Of a DNA stretch of 64,000 nucleotides, positions 63,343 to 64,000 are shown piece by piece; position 1 is the first letter of the stretch, and each line of letters opens with the position of its first letter. This DNA is from Felis catus (Eukaryota), in NCBI RefSeq assembly GCF_018350175.1, contig NC_058368.1:2232001-2296000 (forward strand), given 5' to 3'. Under the pieces are notes generated by a model. It was not told where the DNA came from and ran no database searches. It was given only the letters and a program-made list of their open reading frames with translations. The position numbers were made by a program, and so were the translations under genes.

Positions 63343-63499
63343 GAACAGGGGAGGGGCAGAGAGAGGGAAGCACAGAATCCGAAGAAGGCTCCAGGCTGTC
63401 AGCAGAGAGCCTGACACAGGGCTTGAACTCACGAGCTGTGAGATCATGACCTGAGCTGAAGTCGGCCACTTAACCAGCTGAGCCACCCAGGTGCCCTCC

Positions 63500-64000
63500 T
63501 AATTTATCCATTTTTAAGTATATAATTAGTGGCATTAATTACCTTCACAAATTTGTGCAACTATCATCACTATTTATTTCCAAAAATGTTCATCACCCAG
63601 ACTAAAATTCTGTACCCTTAAGCATTTCCCCATTCTCTTTCCTCCCCAACCCCTGGTGATATCTAATCCACTTTGTGTCTCTATGAAGTTGCCTATGAAG
63701 TATCTATGTAAGTGGAATCATACAATATTAGTCCTTCTGTGCCTCGTTTATTTTACTTAGCATGTTTTCAAGGTCATCCATGTAGCATGGCAGAGCCTCA
63801 CTTCTTTTTGTGGTTGAATAATACTCTGTTGTATGGATATACCATATTTGTTTTTTCATTCATCTGTTGATGGATACTTGAGTGTCTTTTGGCTAAGTAT
63901 ATAATGATGCATGAACAATAATGAATATTGTCATGCAAATATCTGTTTCAATTCCTAGGGGTGGAATTCTTGGATCGTATGATAACTCTACGTTTAGATT
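63500..64000 (-). mobile_element. L1MA/MB-type 3' end (runs off the window)
   Basis: ttagcatgttttcaaggtcatccatgtagcat...gaataatactctgttgtatggatataccatatttg. Confidence 0.75.

Larger units (their letters stand above)
2080..63497. mobile_element. About 35 further dispersed Can-SINE copies (approximate starts: 2085-, 2308-, 4538-, 6568-, 7681+, 8100-, 8484+, 15762+, 19975-, 21720-, 22822+, 26130-, 27428+, 28430-, 30372-, 33237+, 33836-, 34808+, 38788+, 40349+, 41264+, 42092-, 43042+, 44230-, 45395-, 46470-, 51520+, 52626+, 53567+, 54240-, 56283+, 59636+, 61095-, 62230-, 63020-, 63270-)
   Basis: Shared GGGGCGCCTGGGTGGCTCAG...GCTCAGGTCATGATCTC head, (CT)n tract and A-rich tail; many have visible TSDs. 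They explain the many MAQSV.../SAQVMIS... pseudo-ORFs. Confidence 0.9.

Noticed and set aside
11251..63486. Family of similar short ORFs (MAQSV.RPTSAQV.IS...)
   Set aside because: Translations of Can-SINE copies, not a peptide gene family or CRISPR-like array.
49000..64000. Exons of a neighbouring gene upstream of ZDHHC20
   Set aside because: No coding exon recognised; the region is dominated by SINE, L1 and LTR relics. Non-coding transcripts cannot be excluded from sequence alone.
1..64000. Prokaryote-style novel system (CRISPR, operon, defence island)
   Set aside because: The sequence is a eukaryotic intron-rich locus with no repeat-spacer array or gene cluster.

Overview
Mammalian genomic DNA, almost certainly felid: it is dense in tRNA-derived Can-SINEs of the SINEC_Fc type and carnivore L1 3' ends. 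The window holds the 5' part of ZDHHC20 (DHHC protein S-acyltransferase 20) on the minus strand. This comprises the CpG-island promoter and exon 1 at about 47.5-48.95 kb and coding exons 1-7 (594 nt, codons 1-198). All splice sites are GT-AG, phases are consistent, and DHHC falls at codons 153-156. The gene continues beyond the left edge. The region 49-64 kb is repeat-rich intergenic DNA. I found no evidence of a wholly new multi-gene system, and nearly all ORF-track entries are SINE/L1/GC-rich artefacts. The most interesting observations: (1) an open in-frame upstream ATG giving an 83-aa N-terminal extension with a (GCC)15-encoded poly-proline tract, a candidate felid 'ZDHHC20-Long'; (2) a 27-nt microexon whose skipping creates a TGA stop at the junction; (3) a ~550-bp tandem duplication that looks made by a young SINE inserting and recombining with an older one; (4) a twin-primed inverted L1 inside a SINE; (5) two U6 snRNA retrocopies. 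Repeat subfamily names and comparisons with human are from memory, not from database searches.
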